64,000 nucleotides of DNA, taken from NCBI GenBank assembly GCA_965226795.1, contig CBDDDZ010000005.1:1344001-1408000 (forward strand). The letters run 5' to 3'. The position numbers and the translations under genes were made by a program. This document shows positions 10,137 to 20,360 of the stretch, in pieces; the stretch's first letter is position 1, and each line of letters begins with the position of its first letter. Under the pieces are notes generated by a model. That model had not been told where the DNA came from, searched no databases, and saw nothing but the letters and a program-made list of their open reading frames with translations. The DNA comes from Candidatus Latescibacterota bacterium. GTDB taxonomy: Bacteria > Latescibacterota > UBA2968 > GCA-2709665.

Positions 10137-10225
10137 CGCCACGGTATCGACGAATGTGACGCGTGCCATTTTTCCGCCGATCCTATCGAGGCGGGAGCAG
10201 CCACGAAAGCGCGGGTGAGTAACCG

Positions 10226-11728
10226 ATGGACGATTCGTTGTTCTGGGGAGACCTGCATACGCATTGTGCGATCAGCTATGGTTACGGCAGTCTGGACCGG
10301 GCCTTCAGACTGGGGCGCGAGCATCTGGATTTCTGTTCGGTGGTGGGGCATGCAACGTGGCACGACATGCCGGTCGATCGGGATCGTCACGGATTCATCA
10401 TCGACTACCATAGAGAGGGATTCGCCACGCTGAAGCGAAACTGGAAGCACGTGCAGGAAACGGTGAATCGGTATAATCAGCCGGGGCGGTTCGTCACGTT
10501 TCTGGGTTATGAGTGGCACTCGTGCGCTTACGGTGACCACAACGTGTACTATCTGGAGGATTGCGGCGGAATTGTCGAGCGCGATAGCCTGGAGGAACTG
10601 GACGAAGCGCTTAAGGGGCAGGAAGTTATGATTCATCCCCATCATATCGGTTATGGCAAGGGATACCGGGGGATAAACTGGTCCCATTTTGACGCTCGGC
10701 GGTCACCGGCCGTCGAGATTCTGTCCGGCCATGGGGGGTCGGAGCGGGACGGCGGGCCATACCCGATGTACCATACAATGGGCCCCAGGCAATATCGGGG
10801 GACGCTGGCATACGGGCTGGAACTCGGTCACCGGTTCGGATTTCTGGGAGGCACGGACCATCACGGGGGATATCCCGGTCATTACGGAGAGGGAAGAACC
10901 GGCGTCTACGCGCCGGAACTCACGCGCCGGGCGATATGGGACGCGATCCGCGCCAGGCGCTGTTATGCGGTAACGGGGGATCGCATCGCGTTGCGATTTT
11001 CCATTAACGATGCGGTGATGGGGGAGGAGACGACCGTTTCGGGCGCCCGTGAAATCAGGGTAGCCGTTAGTGGAGCCGACGCACTGGATCGGATCGAGGT
11101 GGTGAAGAACAACCGGCCGCTGAAACGGGTTTTCGGGCCCGCGCCCGCGGGGGCGCTGCCCGACCCGGTCCGGGCGAAGGTCCGCGTGGAATGGGGCTGG
11201 GGCGATAAAGAGGAGTGGGTGCGGTGGGATGCGAGGGTTCGGCTTTCCCATGGACGGCTGGTTTCCGTGGAGCCATGTTTCACCGGCGACCCCGTGCTTG
11301 CGCCCTCGGCGGACGGTGCGGTTACGGCAACCGGTGAGGAGCCGATTCACGGCATTGTGGCGCAGGATGAACGGCACGTGGCCTGGTTTTCCCATACCCG
11401 CGGCAATGCGCATCCGTACTTGCGGGGGACCAACGCGTTGATCCTGGAACTGGCTGCGCCTCACTCCGCCTCACTGGAATTCAGTCTCAACGGCAAAACC
11501 TATCGCTATCTGCTGTCGGATCTCTTCACCGGTTCCCGGAGCGAGTTCATCCGGGGATGGCGGTCGGAGGCGATGCTCGTGCACCGGGCAGTACCCGAGG
11601 CCCAACTGCAGGCCGCGCTGGTGTTTGTAGACGACGAGCCGGAGCGCGAGACCGATTTCTATTACGTCCGCGTGGCGCAGGAGAACAACCAGTGGGCCTG
11701 GGCCAGCCCCATCTGGGTGTCGAGTTGA
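10226..11728 (+). CDS. DUF3604/PHP-like metallohydrolase
   Basis: FWGDLHTH, FLGYEWHS, HPHH, GGTDHH, R.CYAVTG and FYYVRV.Q....AWASPIWV motifs. Confidence 0.8.
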   Translation: MDDSLFWGDLHTHCAISYGYGSLDRAFRLGREHLDFCSVVGHATWHDMPVDRDRHGFIIDYHREGFATLKRNWKHVQETVNRYNQPGRFVTFLGYEWHSCAYGDHNVYYLEDCGGIVERDSLEELDEALKGQEVMIHPHHIGYGKGYRGINWSHFDARRSPAVEILSGHGGSERDGGPYPMYHTMGPRQYRGTLAYGLELGHRFGFLGGTDHHGGYPGHYGEGRTGVYAPELTRRAIWDAIRARRCYAVTGDRIALRFSINDAVMGEETTVSGAREIRVAVSGADALDRIEVVKNNRPLKRVFGPAPAGALPDPVRAKVRVEWGWGDKEEWVRWDARVRLSHGRLVSVEPCFTGDPVLAPSADGAVTATGEEPIHGIVAQDERHVAWFSHTRGNAHPYLRGTNALILELAAPHSASLEFSLNGKTYRYLLSDLFTGSRSEFIRGWRSEAMLVHRAVPEAQLQAALVFVDDEPERETDFYYVRVAQENNQWAWASPIWVSS

Positions 11729-11847
11729 ACGACCCCAAGAACGTCGAAATGCGATTGTGGATTATTGGCAAGGAAGGTTGCACCGGAGTCCGATTGTGTG
11801 TATCCCTTCGCGCCTTAAGGTTGTATCGTTAGAAATGGAGGTCCTTC

Positions 11848-12621
11848 ATGGTGTTGAAAGACCGGGTGGCCATCGTGACGGGCGGAAGTTCGGGAATCGG
11901 CCGGGGCGTCGTCCTGGAATTCGCGGGAGAGGGGGCGACGGTGGTGGTGGCCGATGTCCGGGAGGCGCCGAAGCAGGGTAAATATCACGAGCAGGAGGTC
12001 CTGACGCCCACCCTGGAGGAGGTGCGTGGGCTGGGTGGTGAAGGGCTGTTTATCGAAACCGACGTGGGCGACGCCGCCGCAGTTGAGGCGCTGGTGAATC
12101 GGACGGTGGACGCGTTCGGCGGACTGGATATTCTGGTGAATAACGCGGGGATACATATTCCGGGGGATAGCCAGACGCTGACGCTGGAGGCGTGGGACAC
12201 GGTGATGGGCGTCAATATACGAGGCGTGTTCGTCGCGTCCAGAGCCGCGATCCCTCATCTGAAACGATCTCAGGCCGGGAGAATAATCAATATCGCGTCG
12301 GTGCATTCTTTCGGCGGCGGCGGCGGCCCAGCCTATGCGCCCGCCAAAGCCGGCGTGGTCAACCTCACTCGCGATCTGGCGATGGAAGTGGCTCCGGAAG
12401 GGGTTACGGTGAATGCCGTCTGCCCGGGATATATCGAAACCGCCATACAGGACTATTTAACCGAGGAACAGATCCGCGATGCGCTGGAAAGGACGCCGCT
12501 TCCCCGATTCGGATTGCCAAGGGATATCGGCCGGGCCTGTGTCTTCCTGGCGTCCTCCGACGCGGAGTGGATCACTGGGGTGGCGTTGCCGGTCGATGGC
12601 GGCTGGCTCGCTCCCGTTTGA
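11848..12621 (+). CDS. SDR family oxidoreductase
   Basis: TGGSSGIG, NNAG, YAPAK (YxxxK), PGYIET, VDGG. Confidence 0.95.
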   Translation: MVLKDRVAIVTGGSSGIGRGVVLEFAGEGATVVVADVREAPKQGKYHEQEVLTPTLEEVRGLGGEGLFIETDVGDAAAVEALVNRTVDAFGGLDILVNNAGIHIPGDSQTLTLEAWDTVMGVNIRGVFVASRAAIPHLKRSQAGRIINIASVHSFGGGGGPAYAPAKAGVVNLTRDLAMEVAPEGVTVNAVCPGYIETAIQDYLTEEQIRDALERTPLPRFGLPRDIGRACVFLASSDAEWITGVALPVDGGWLAPV

Positions 12622-12687
12622 GGGAATTCGGATGCGATCCGTCCCCGGCGTCGCATCGCGTCCGAACACGACCCGATTTTTAGGAAA

Positions 12688-13758
12688 ATGATCGAGACCC
12701 GAGCCGTCCGCGAAGACGAAATTGAGGAGACGCTGGCGCTCCAGCGGCTGGTATTCCGGCCGGACGAGGGCGTGGGGGCGCTCGAACGTTACCGGACGTA
12801 CGTGCGGGACGATCCGAGCTACCGGCTGGATCAGTCTCGGGTTCTCCTGGAAGACGGGCGAATCGTGGCGCATTTGCGGGTATGGGATCGGGCAATTCGC
12901 GTGCGCGGGGCTGTGATTCGTGCCGGCGGTATCGGCAGCGTGCTGACCCACCCGGAATACCGGGGCAGGGGATTTTCGGGTGCGCTGATGCGGAATACTG
13001 AAGCGTATATGCTGAACGCCGGATACGACGTCGGACTCCTCTTCACGATTATCGGGACACCGTTCTACGAAGCGTTGGGTTGGACGCCGATACCGCTGCC
13101 GACGTTTGCCATCGACCTGGAATCTGAGCCCACTGACCGCCTCCCAACTCATGTCAGGGCTCTGGATGTTGTACGCGACCTGGATGCCGTGATGGCGATT
13201 TACGAGCAATGTTCAAGTCGCTTGACCGGTCCTGAAATGAGACCAGGGGATTACTGGTCGGCCGGCCCGTCGCGAATACGGGGTGTTTTCCCTAAGTGGG
13301 GCGTTGAGCAGGATGCGGATCTGTGCGGTTATGTGACCTTCGACGCAACCGGGGATCGGATCTGGGTGAAAGAAGGTTGCGTTGCGCCGTCGCATGAAGA
13401 AGTATTCGACGACCTGGCACGATTGATCTGCCGGTGCGCCAGCCGGAACGGATTGACGCGGGTGGAGGGCAGTCTTCCTGTGGGCCACGGGTTGGTGCGC
13501 GCGCTCGAAAAGGTCTGCGGTTCCATTGCAACATGGAACAGCCACGATGAAATGATGTTGAAGGGGATCAACTGGCGCACAATCAAGGAAAAGCTGAAAG
13601 GAGACCCGCCGCCCGGGGCAGCGCCGGCGGCCGAGGGAGCGTTCTGGCGCGCGTTATTCGGGCAGGACGGGGTCGGTTTGGATGAATCGATGTCGGGATG
13701 GATGGAATCTTTGCCGAAGTGCGAAGGACCGTTCTACTGGTGGAGCGATATCTTTTAG
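12688..13758 (+). CDS. GNAT family N-acetyltransferase (Eis-like N-terminal domain)
   Basis: GGIGSVLTHPEYRGRG acetyl-CoA motif; FYEALGW. Confidence 0.85.
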   Translation: MIETRAVREDEIEETLALQRLVFRPDEGVGALERYRTYVRDDPSYRLDQSRVLLEDGRIVAHLRVWDRAIRVRGAVIRAGGIGSVLTHPEYRGRGFSGALMRNTEAYMLNAGYDVGLLFTIIGTPFYEALGWTPIPLPTFAIDLESEPTDRLPTHVRALDVVRDLDAVMAIYEQCSSRLTGPEMRPGDYWSAGPSRIRGVFPKWGVEQDADLCGYVTFDATGDRIWVKEGCVAPSHEEVFDDLARLICRCASRNGLTRVEGSLPVGHGLVRALEKVCGSIATWNSHDEMMLKGINWRTIKEKLKGDPPPGAAPAAEGAFWRALFGQDGVGLDESMSGWMESLPKCEGPFYWWSDIF

Positions 13759-13761
13759 TGT

Positions 13762-15609
13762 TCAGTCGAGGAGCCGCGCTTCGGCCTCGTCCACCATACC
13801 CTTCAGAATCCGTGCTGCAAGCCGGTCGATTTCGGTTTTCGTCTCCTCCAGGTTGGATCCGCACAGGTGGGGATGGTCCACCGATGCGGCGGAGACGTAG
13901 TATTTGATTTTGGGTTCGGTTCCCGACGGTCGGGCGGTGACGCGAGTATGGCCGGCAGGGGTGAAGGTAAAGGCGATGACGTCGCCCTTCGCGGCATCGA
14001 TCGTTCGGGTGGCGCCCGTCCGGACGTTCAGTGCCTTCCCCGCCCTCCTGTCGATGATTTCCACGACGTCGCAGCCGCCGACCTGTCGGGGTGGATGAGT
14101 CCGCAGGGATTCCATAATGTGGACGATATCGCGGCTGCCCTGCGCCCCGGTTCTGGAAACGGACTCCTGGATCTCCCGGAAGTAACCATATTCAGCATAA
14201 ATGGCGTCCAGGTATTCTCGCAGCGTGCGACCGCGGGCTTTGAGTCCTGCGGCACATTCGCATAGGAGGACGGCGGCGACGGCAGCGTCCTTGTCTCGGG
14301 TGAACGACCCTGCCAGATAGCCATGGCTTTCTTCGGTTCCGAACAGGAATTCGGCGTCCGACGGAAGATCGGCGATGATCCTGCCGATGTATTTGAAGCC
14401 GACCAGCAGGTCTTCTATGACCCTGGCGTCGAAGGCGCGTGCGATGATGGAGACCAGGTCGGTTGTGACGATTGTTTTTGCCACAATACCACCCCCAGGC
14501 AGTTCCCGGCGGTTTTTTTTTGTCTGTAAGAGGTAATGGCACAGAACAACGCCAATCTGATTGCCGTTGAGTGCAAGATCCTCAAGGGGGGCGTTCCATC
14601 CGGTTCGGGAAACAGGAACGGCGCAACCGAGCCGGTCGGCGTCCGGGTCGCTCGCGATGACCAGATCGGCGTCGATCTCGGCGGCTTTTTGAATGGCCAG
14701 AGCGAGTGCGCGGGGATCTTCGGGGTTGGCGATGCCTTCGGGAACCGTGGGGAAGTTGCCGTCCGGTTGCGCCTGCGATGGGACAACGTGCAGGTCCCTG
14801 TAGCCAAGGATTTCCAGTACCGGCAATATCGACGTGGTACCCACGCCGTGCAGCGGCGTGTAGACGACTCGGACGTCGCGTTCGGGGCTGAGCGAGAGGT
14901 TGGCCAGCTCGCGTTGATAGCACGTGTCGACGGTGCGATCCAGTATTCCGATTAGCCCCTCTTCAACCGCCCGGTTGAAGTCGATCTTCCTGATTTCGAG
15001 AACCGAGTTGACTTCCGCTATGATGTTTCCGTCGTGAGGCGGTACGACCTGGCCGCCGTCGGACCAGTACACCTTTATGCCGTTGTCGCCAGGCGGGTTG
15101 TGGCTGGCGCTGATCACCACGCCGGCTACCGCATTGGTCAGCCGGACAGCAAAGGAAAGTTCGGGGGAGGACCGACAGTCTCCAAAGATACTGGCGTGGA
15201 TGCCGTTGCCTGCAAGAATAGCCGCAACCTCGTTGGCGAAGGCTTTCGAGTTGTTTCGGGTGTCGTACGCGATTACGGCGTCGCGTCGCGTAGCGTCGGA
15301 GCCGGATTTGAGGACGTATTGCGCAATACCCTGCGCGGCTTCGCCGACGGTTCGCAGGTTGATGCGGTTTGGTCCCGGTCCCATGGCGCCTCGAATACCG
15401 CCGGTGCCGAATTCGATCCGGACGCGAAAGGCGTCTTCGAGTTCGTGCAGGTCTTGAGCCTGCACCAGGTTTCTGATTTCCTCCGCCGAAGCAGCATAGC
15501 CGGGGTCGGTCAGCCAGAGTACGGCGTTCTTTTCGGCGGCTTCGGAAAGTTCGCCCTCAGCGACCCAGAACTCGATTTTATTTAATGTGTCCGACGGCGT
15601 TTTTTGCAC
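13762..15609 (-). CDS. Phosphoglucomutase/phosphomannomutase (phospho-sugar mutase)
   Basis: FGTGGIRG, SASHNP phosphoserine loop, DPDADR metal loop, EESHG, RPSGTEPKIK. Confidence 0.95.
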   Translation of the reverse strand: MQKTPSDTLNKIEFWVAEGELSEAAEKNAVLWLTDPGYAASAEEIRNLVQAQDLHELEDAFRVRIEFGTGGIRGAMGPGPNRINLRTVGEAAQGIAQYVLKSGSDATRRDAVIAYDTRNNSKAFANEVAAILAGNGIHASIFGDCRSSPELSFAVRLTNAVAGVVISASHNPPGDNGIKVYWSDGGQVVPPHDGNIIAEVNSVLEIRKIDFNRAVEEGLIGILDRTVDTCYQRELANLSLSPERDVRVVYTPLHGVGTTSILPVLEILGYRDLHVVPSQAQPDGNFPTVPEGIANPEDPRALALAIQKAAEIDADLVIASDPDADRLGCAVPVSRTGWNAPLEDLALNGNQIGVVLCHYLLQTKKNRRELPGGGIVAKTIVTTDLVSIIARAFDARVIEDLLVGFKYIGRIIADLPSDAEFLFGTEESHGYLAGSFTRDKDAAVAAVLLCECAAGLKARGRTLREYLDAIYAEYGYFREIQESVSRTGAQGSRDIVHIMESLRTHPPRQVGGCDVVEIIDRRAGKALNVRTGATRTIDAAKGDVIAFTFTPAGHTRVTARPSGTEPKIKYYVSAASVDHPHLCGSNLEETKTEIDRLAARILKGMVDEAEARLLD

Positions 15610-15798
15610 AGGAGTGCTCCTGTTGAATACACGCCAATTCCGTTGTGGGCAGAAAGTCGTATGCCTCGTGGGCGCCTGCCGGAATCGCGCCTTTTAATAT
15701 ATCTCATGAGACCCCGCGATCAACAGATAAATCGCTTGACTTTCGTAAGGCATTGTGCATATTGTCCGTAAGTGAAACAGTTATAAGGAGTTGGTCAC

Positions 15799-16497
15799 AT
15801 GACTATACTCTTTTTCCTCCTGTTTGCGGTCTTGCTGATTGTTCTGCCACCGGTCCGTCTGTCGGCGCATGGCCATTGCGGCGAAGGGCGGGAACCGGCG
15901 CTGGAAATACGTTTAAGGCCGTGGATCGGGCTGGCGGGTATCCGGCTTTTCCACGCTGACGGCGGTTGGCGTGTAGGCGTTCTTTTGGGGTGGTGGACAG
16001 TGTGGGCAACGGCGTTGACGAGGGGCGAGGATCGGAAGGAACAACGGGGCGCCAGGAAAAGTGTCAAGAAGAAAACGGATTTACCGGACGGGTTCCGGAC
16101 AGCGGTCGAACGGTTGGAGCGCGCCGGGCTCTATTTCAAGAGACTGTGGTTGCCTCTGCGACGGTCTGCGTCGCAATTTTATAACGGGTTCCGTCTACGC
16201 CGCATTTCATGCAAGGTCGCTTTCGGCGCATCCGATCCGGCCACGACCGGGCAGATCTTCGGATACTTCGTGGCGGCCTCGTCATTAATAGGGACAGGAG
16301 GACGCGTTGAGGCGACGCCCGATTTCAAGCGGCAGCGCCTGGATGGCGAAGCCAAGGTGGAAATCTGGATTTATCCACACCGGCTATTGTGCGCGTCTGT
16401 GTACATTGCGTGGCGCGTTGGGCTTGCATGGTTTTCCGAGCGACGCAACCGGAAACGCCTGCGGGAGGGCGTCTTTCGGGCTGGCACAACGAGTTGA
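15799..16497 (+). CDS. DUF2953 (YtfI-like) protein
   Basis: N-terminal hydrophobic segment; FGASDPATTG..FG and PDF motifs; directly upstream of ytfJ; AAGGAG RBS. Confidence 0.75.
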   Translation: MTILFFLLFAVLLIVLPPVRLSAHGHCGEGREPALEIRLRPWIGLAGIRLFHADGGWRVGVLLGWWTVWATALTRGEDRKEQRGARKSVKKKTDLPDGFRTAVERLERAGLYFKRLWLPLRRSASQFYNGFRLRRISCKVAFGASDPATTGQIFGYFVAASSLIGTGGRVEATPDFKRQRLDGEAKVEIWIYPHRLLCASVYIAWRVGLAWFSERRNRKRLREGVFRAGTTS

Positions 16498-16517
16498 GCG
16501 GGGTTTGAGGAGGCGTT

Positions 16518-16919
16518 ATGTCTGTTGAAGATCTCATCAAGACGGTGATGACGGAATTCCGTCAAATGGTAAAGACGGAGACCGTTGTGGGCGAACCGAT
16601 CGAGATAGGTGGGACGGTTGTCGTGCCGGTGTCCAGGATTTCCTTCGGGTTCGGCGCGGGCGGGGGCGCGGACAAGACGGATGGTGGCGGGAGCGGTACC
16701 GGGGGAGGAGCTTCTGTGGAACCGTTGGCATTTGTTGTGATTCGAGACGGGAAAACACAGATTCTCCCCGTACAGGAGAAAGAAGGATCCATTAAAGGGT
16801 TGTTGGATCTGGCACCGGACCTTCTGGCGAAGGTGAAAGCGTTCAAGGAGAAGAGAGACAGGAAGAGGGCCGAGGCGGAAGCCGAGCCAGGTTCCGGTGA
16901 TGACGACGTGAGCGCATAG
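16518..16919 (+). CDS. ytfJ: YtfJ/GerW family protein
   Basis: TETVVGEPI, VVPVSRISFGFGAGGG, GGGASVEPLAFVVI. Confidence 0.9.
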   Translation: MSVEDLIKTVMTEFRQMVKTETVVGEPIEIGGTVVVPVSRISFGFGAGGGADKTDGGGSGTGGGASVEPLAFVVIRDGKTQILPVQEKEGSIKGLLDLAPDLLAKVKAFKEKRDRKRAEAEAEPGSGDDDVSA

Positions 16920-16931
16920 GCCGGGGCGGCC

Positions 16932-18161
16932 ATGAACCGGCTTCTGCTTCTAATTCCGACAACGACCTATCGCACTCACGACTTTATGGCAGCGGCGTCG
17001 ACGCTCGACGTATCCGTGGTCGTGGGATCCGACCGCCGCCAGGCGCTGGCGAGTCAGACACCGGGAAGTACACTGGCGCTGGATTTCACGGAGCCCGCAG
17101 CCTCGGTCGAGAAGATTGTCGGTTTTTCAAAGGCGTACCCCATCCAGTCGGTCGTGGGAGTGGACGATGAGACCGTCGTGCTCGCCGCGATGGCCTGCAT
17201 GGCACTCGGACTTCCGCACAATTCGGTGACGTCGGCCCGGGCGTCCCGGTACAAACACGTGATGCGTCAGATGCTTGCTGAAAAAGGCCTGCCCTCGCCG
17301 GGGTTCAGGCTTTTTTCAATTTCGGACGAACCGGAAACCGCCGCCGCGATGGTCGACTATCCGTGCGTACTGAAGCCCGTGTTTCTGTCCGCCAGCCGCG
17401 GTGTGATCCGGGCAAATGAAGAAGCGGATTTCGTGACCGCGTTCGACCGGATTCTGCGGTTGATTTCGGAATCTGCACGTGGCGCGCCCGAAGGTGGAGA
17501 TTGTATTCTGGTGGAGGACTACATTCCTGGCCGGGAGGTGGCGCTGGAGGGATTGCTGGTTGAGGGTGAGTTGCAGACGCTCGCCCTTTTCGACAAACCG
17601 GATCCGCTCCATGGCCCTTATTTTGCCGAGACGCTGTACATAACGCCCTCCCGGCTGTCGGAATGCCTGCAGGCGCAAGTCCGTGAGACTGCGCAGAAGG
17701 CCGCGCGCGCGCTGGGGTTAAGCGTGGGGCCCGTACATGCCGAGCTCCGGCTGAACACGCGTGGCATCTACGTGGTGGAAATCGCCGCGCGGTCCATCGG
17801 CGGGCTGTGTTCGCGGGTATTGCGCTTTGGCGCCGGCATGTCGCTGGAGGAACTGATTCTGCGCCAGGCAACCGGTTACGCTCCCGGAAATTTTCGGAGG
17901 GAAAACACCGCGACTGGCGTAATGATGCTGCCGGTGTCGAAGCCGGGAATACTGCAATGCGTGCGGGGGATGGCACGCGCACGTCGCGTGCCTGGAATTA
18001 TTGACGTCGCGATAACCCTACCTACGGGTCAGCCCGTACAACCGCTGCCTGAGGGAGACCGGTATCTGGGGTTCATTTTCGCCCGCAATAAGACATCCGA
18101 GGCGGTGGAAGCTGCGCTTCGCGAGGCAAACCGACAACTCGGAGTTGTGATTGAGGGATGA
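16932..18161 (+). CDS. ATP-grasp domain protein
   Basis: YPCVLKP..LSASRGVIR, LVEDYIPG.E, LFDKPDPL, HAELR, EIAAR.IGG. Confidence 0.9.
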   Translation: MNRLLLLIPTTTYRTHDFMAAASTLDVSVVVGSDRRQALASQTPGSTLALDFTEPAASVEKIVGFSKAYPIQSVVGVDDETVVLAAMACMALGLPHNSVTSARASRYKHVMRQMLAEKGLPSPGFRLFSISDEPETAAAMVDYPCVLKPVFLSASRGVIRANEEADFVTAFDRILRLISESARGAPEGGDCILVEDYIPGREVALEGLLVEGELQTLALFDKPDPLHGPYFAETLYITPSRLSECLQAQVRETAQKAARALGLSVGPVHAELRLNTRGIYVVEIAARSIGGLCSRVLRFGAGMSLEELILRQATGYAPGNFRRENTATGVMMLPVSKPGILQCVRGMARARRVPGIIDVAITLPTGQPVQPLPEGDRYLGFIFARNKTSEAVEAALREANRQLGVVIEG

Positions 18162-18232
18162 GAAAGGGGCAATCAGTCCGGGGGGACCCTGGACGGTGTG
18201 TCCGGATCATTTTTTCTTCGAGGTTCTTTCGA

Positions 18233-19660
18233 TTAGACAAGAGCGAACTGCTCTTCGGTTGGTTCCGCTCAGCAATACCACGGCTCGGTGAGGCGGGGAA
18301 GGGATTGGCGGTTCGAGTCAATTCCTGAATCGAACTCTGGGGCCGGGCGGCCCAACAGGTGGTGGACGTACGACTGGATTCTATGGAAAATTTCTCGTCG
18401 GCTGGTGTCTTGATTCTGAAGCCGGGTGACCAACCGGGTGAGTTCGTGTTGGAGCCGATCCAACCGGACATCCGGATGTGCCCACGGATATGACAGGGTT
18501 TCGGGTGCGAAGGTTTCCACCAGGTCCCGAATCTCGGCAAGGCCCAGGAGTCTTGAGCCTTTGGGGATGAGCAGCCGTATCGTGAGCTGTACGGGAGAGA
18601 CGTTCTCGATCAGGTCAAGGCCCGCGAGGGTGTCCAGAAAGCCGGCATAGTGCTCCATGGTGACCCAGGGCGTGAACGGGATGAACGTCGGATTCATGAC
18701 GAGTTCGTGTCGTCGGAAGAGATGCACGACTTCGATGAAGTCGTCGACTGTATGGCCCTTGTCCAACCGCGCGAGGACCCGGTCGTCGAGGGACTCCACG
18801 GCGGTCGTGACAATCGCGCACCCGGTATCTTTGAGGAGGGGCAGATAACGGCTATACCCTAGCAGATGTTCGATTTTGACGGTGATATCGTAGGTGACAT
18901 CGGGAAATTTTTCGTGGAGCCTTGTCAAAACTGGTATGGCGTGGCCGATACCGTTGAAGAAGTCGGGATCACCAAACGTGATGTGGCCGGCCCCCGCGGC
19001 GACCTGTTTCGCAATGTCGTCCAGCACGGTCTCCGGTTGCACAATACGGAATCTGCCCCTGTACACGGGCACCACGGGACAATGGCGGCAGAGATGTTTG
19101 CAACCTCGGCTGGCCTCCGTATAGCCGACGGTTGTGAGATGGCCGTCCTCTGTGGATAGTTGCGCGTATCGGGAGAGGTCCGGCAGGCCTGTCCGGTCGG
19201 GCGGAAGAAACCGCTGCCTGGCCAGGGAAACGACGGGCTCTTCCTGGTCTGGGGTGGCGCTCGAGGCCCCTCGCAGGCGCCTGCAGAGTTGAAGCAGTCC
19301 GTTTTCGAATTCTCCGCCGAGAATGGTCTGGGCGCCCACGCTTCGCAGGAAGGATTCGTTCACGGATGCATAGAGCCCATAGAAACAGAGGTGGGCGTTG
19401 GCATTCTGTTCGCGGGTTCTTAAGGCAAGCGGTACGGCAAGTCGCGTTGCCGTGTGCATTGGCACGTAGAATGCCACCAGATCGGCGTCCCGAACGGCCT
19501 CTTCAGGAAAATCGTCTATTGAAACGTCAGCCAGGACAACGTCGAAGCCCGCCCTCCGCAACCATCCGGCCGGCGAGGCCAAACCGAATGGCTGACGACC
19601 CAATTCGTAGGTGGATACGAGCACGACTTTGAATGGACGCAATGGGGAGATGGTAGGCAT
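18233..19660 (-). CDS. CUAEP-tail radical SAM selenoprotein (Sec at TGA 18271-18269), 475 aa
   Basis: CKHLCRHC (CxxxCxxC) and a B12-binding-like N-terminal domain; the ORF track stops at ...EPWYC, but readthrough of TGA gives C-U-A-E-P-T-E-E-Q-F-A-L-V then TAA at 18235-18233, which is the family-defining tail. Confidence 0.9.
18239..18255 (-). promoter_or_regulatory. Candidate bacterial SECIS element of the radical SAM gene
   Basis: AAGAGC-AGUUC-GCUCUU hairpin; stem starts at +14 and loop at +20 after UGA; G at loop position 2. Confidence 0.7.
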
Positions 19661-19675
19661 CCCTTGTTCATCCTG

Positions 19676-19722
19676 AAAAAAACGGCAGACACGGGGACGA
19701 CCCCCACGAAGTCTGCCGTTTT
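19676..19722 (-). terminator. Intrinsic terminator-like hairpin after nfuA
   Basis: AAAACGGCAGAC...GTCTGCCGTTTTTTT on the minus strand. Confidence 0.7.
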
Positions 19723-19735
19723 ATGTATGCTGTTG

Positions 19736-20320
19736 TTATTTTGAGGATTGGTAGTACGGGTTCGTGCCACCCGCGTGTTCGGTCACGTCGAGGATCTCTT
19801 CAATTTCGGGCACGGCCTCCTTGATGAGGACTTCGACACCCTGTTTGAGCGTGACATCCACCATGCCGCAACCCTGGCATCCTCCACCGAACTGGATGTA
19901 CGCTCTATTGTCCTTTACGTCGATCAACGAAATATGACCACCGTGCGAGGCAACGCTGGGGTTGATCTTCTCGTCGATAATGTTCTGGATCTTCTCTGCA
20001 GTGGTGCCTTTCAGATGCGAGGGAACCTTGTTGGGATTCTCTATCTTGAAACCTCGGCCCATCAGGCTGTCCACATAGTCCAGAATAATGTCCTCGGCAT
20101 ACGGGGCGCTTTCCTGGTCGACGTAGATATTGAACCCGTCGAACGGCGTGACGACGTCGTCTTCTTCTTCCTGCCCGTCGGCGATAAAGGCGAGTCGGTA
20201 GCTGGCCTGCAGAGGCGATACCGCCTCTGCTTTGACACGAACGCCAACGATGGCCGATTCCTGGTTCCTGATAAGGTTGACGACCTCCTTCTTCGCGGCT
20301 TCGGTTACGGTGATGTTCAT
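19736..20320 (-). CDS. nfuA: Fe-S cluster carrier NfuA (degenerate IscA-like domain plus NifU C-terminal domain)
   Basis: ITVTEAA, LDYVD...GFKIENPN, INP.VASHGG, FGGGCQGC, DVTEHAGG.NPYY; start at MNITVT. Confidence 0.9.
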   Translation of the reverse strand: MNITVTEAAKKEVVNLIRNQESAIVGVRVKAEAVSPLQASYRLAFIADGQEEEDDVVTPFDGFNIYVDQESAPYAEDIILDYVDSLMGRGFKIENPNKVPSHLKGTTAEKIQNIIDEKINPSVASHGGHISLIDVKDNRAYIQFGGGCQGCGMVDVTLKQGVEVLIKEAVPEIEEILDVTEHAGGTNPYYQSSK

Positions 20321-20360
20321 ATCGACCTTCCCCTTAGAGAGGTGTACTTTGCCAGGGCGG

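Noticed and set aside
12628..12667. Inverted repeat TTCGGATGCGAT...ATCGCGTCCGAA between the SDR and GNAT genes
   Set aside because: Single copy with no U tail; probably an ordinary intercistronic hairpin
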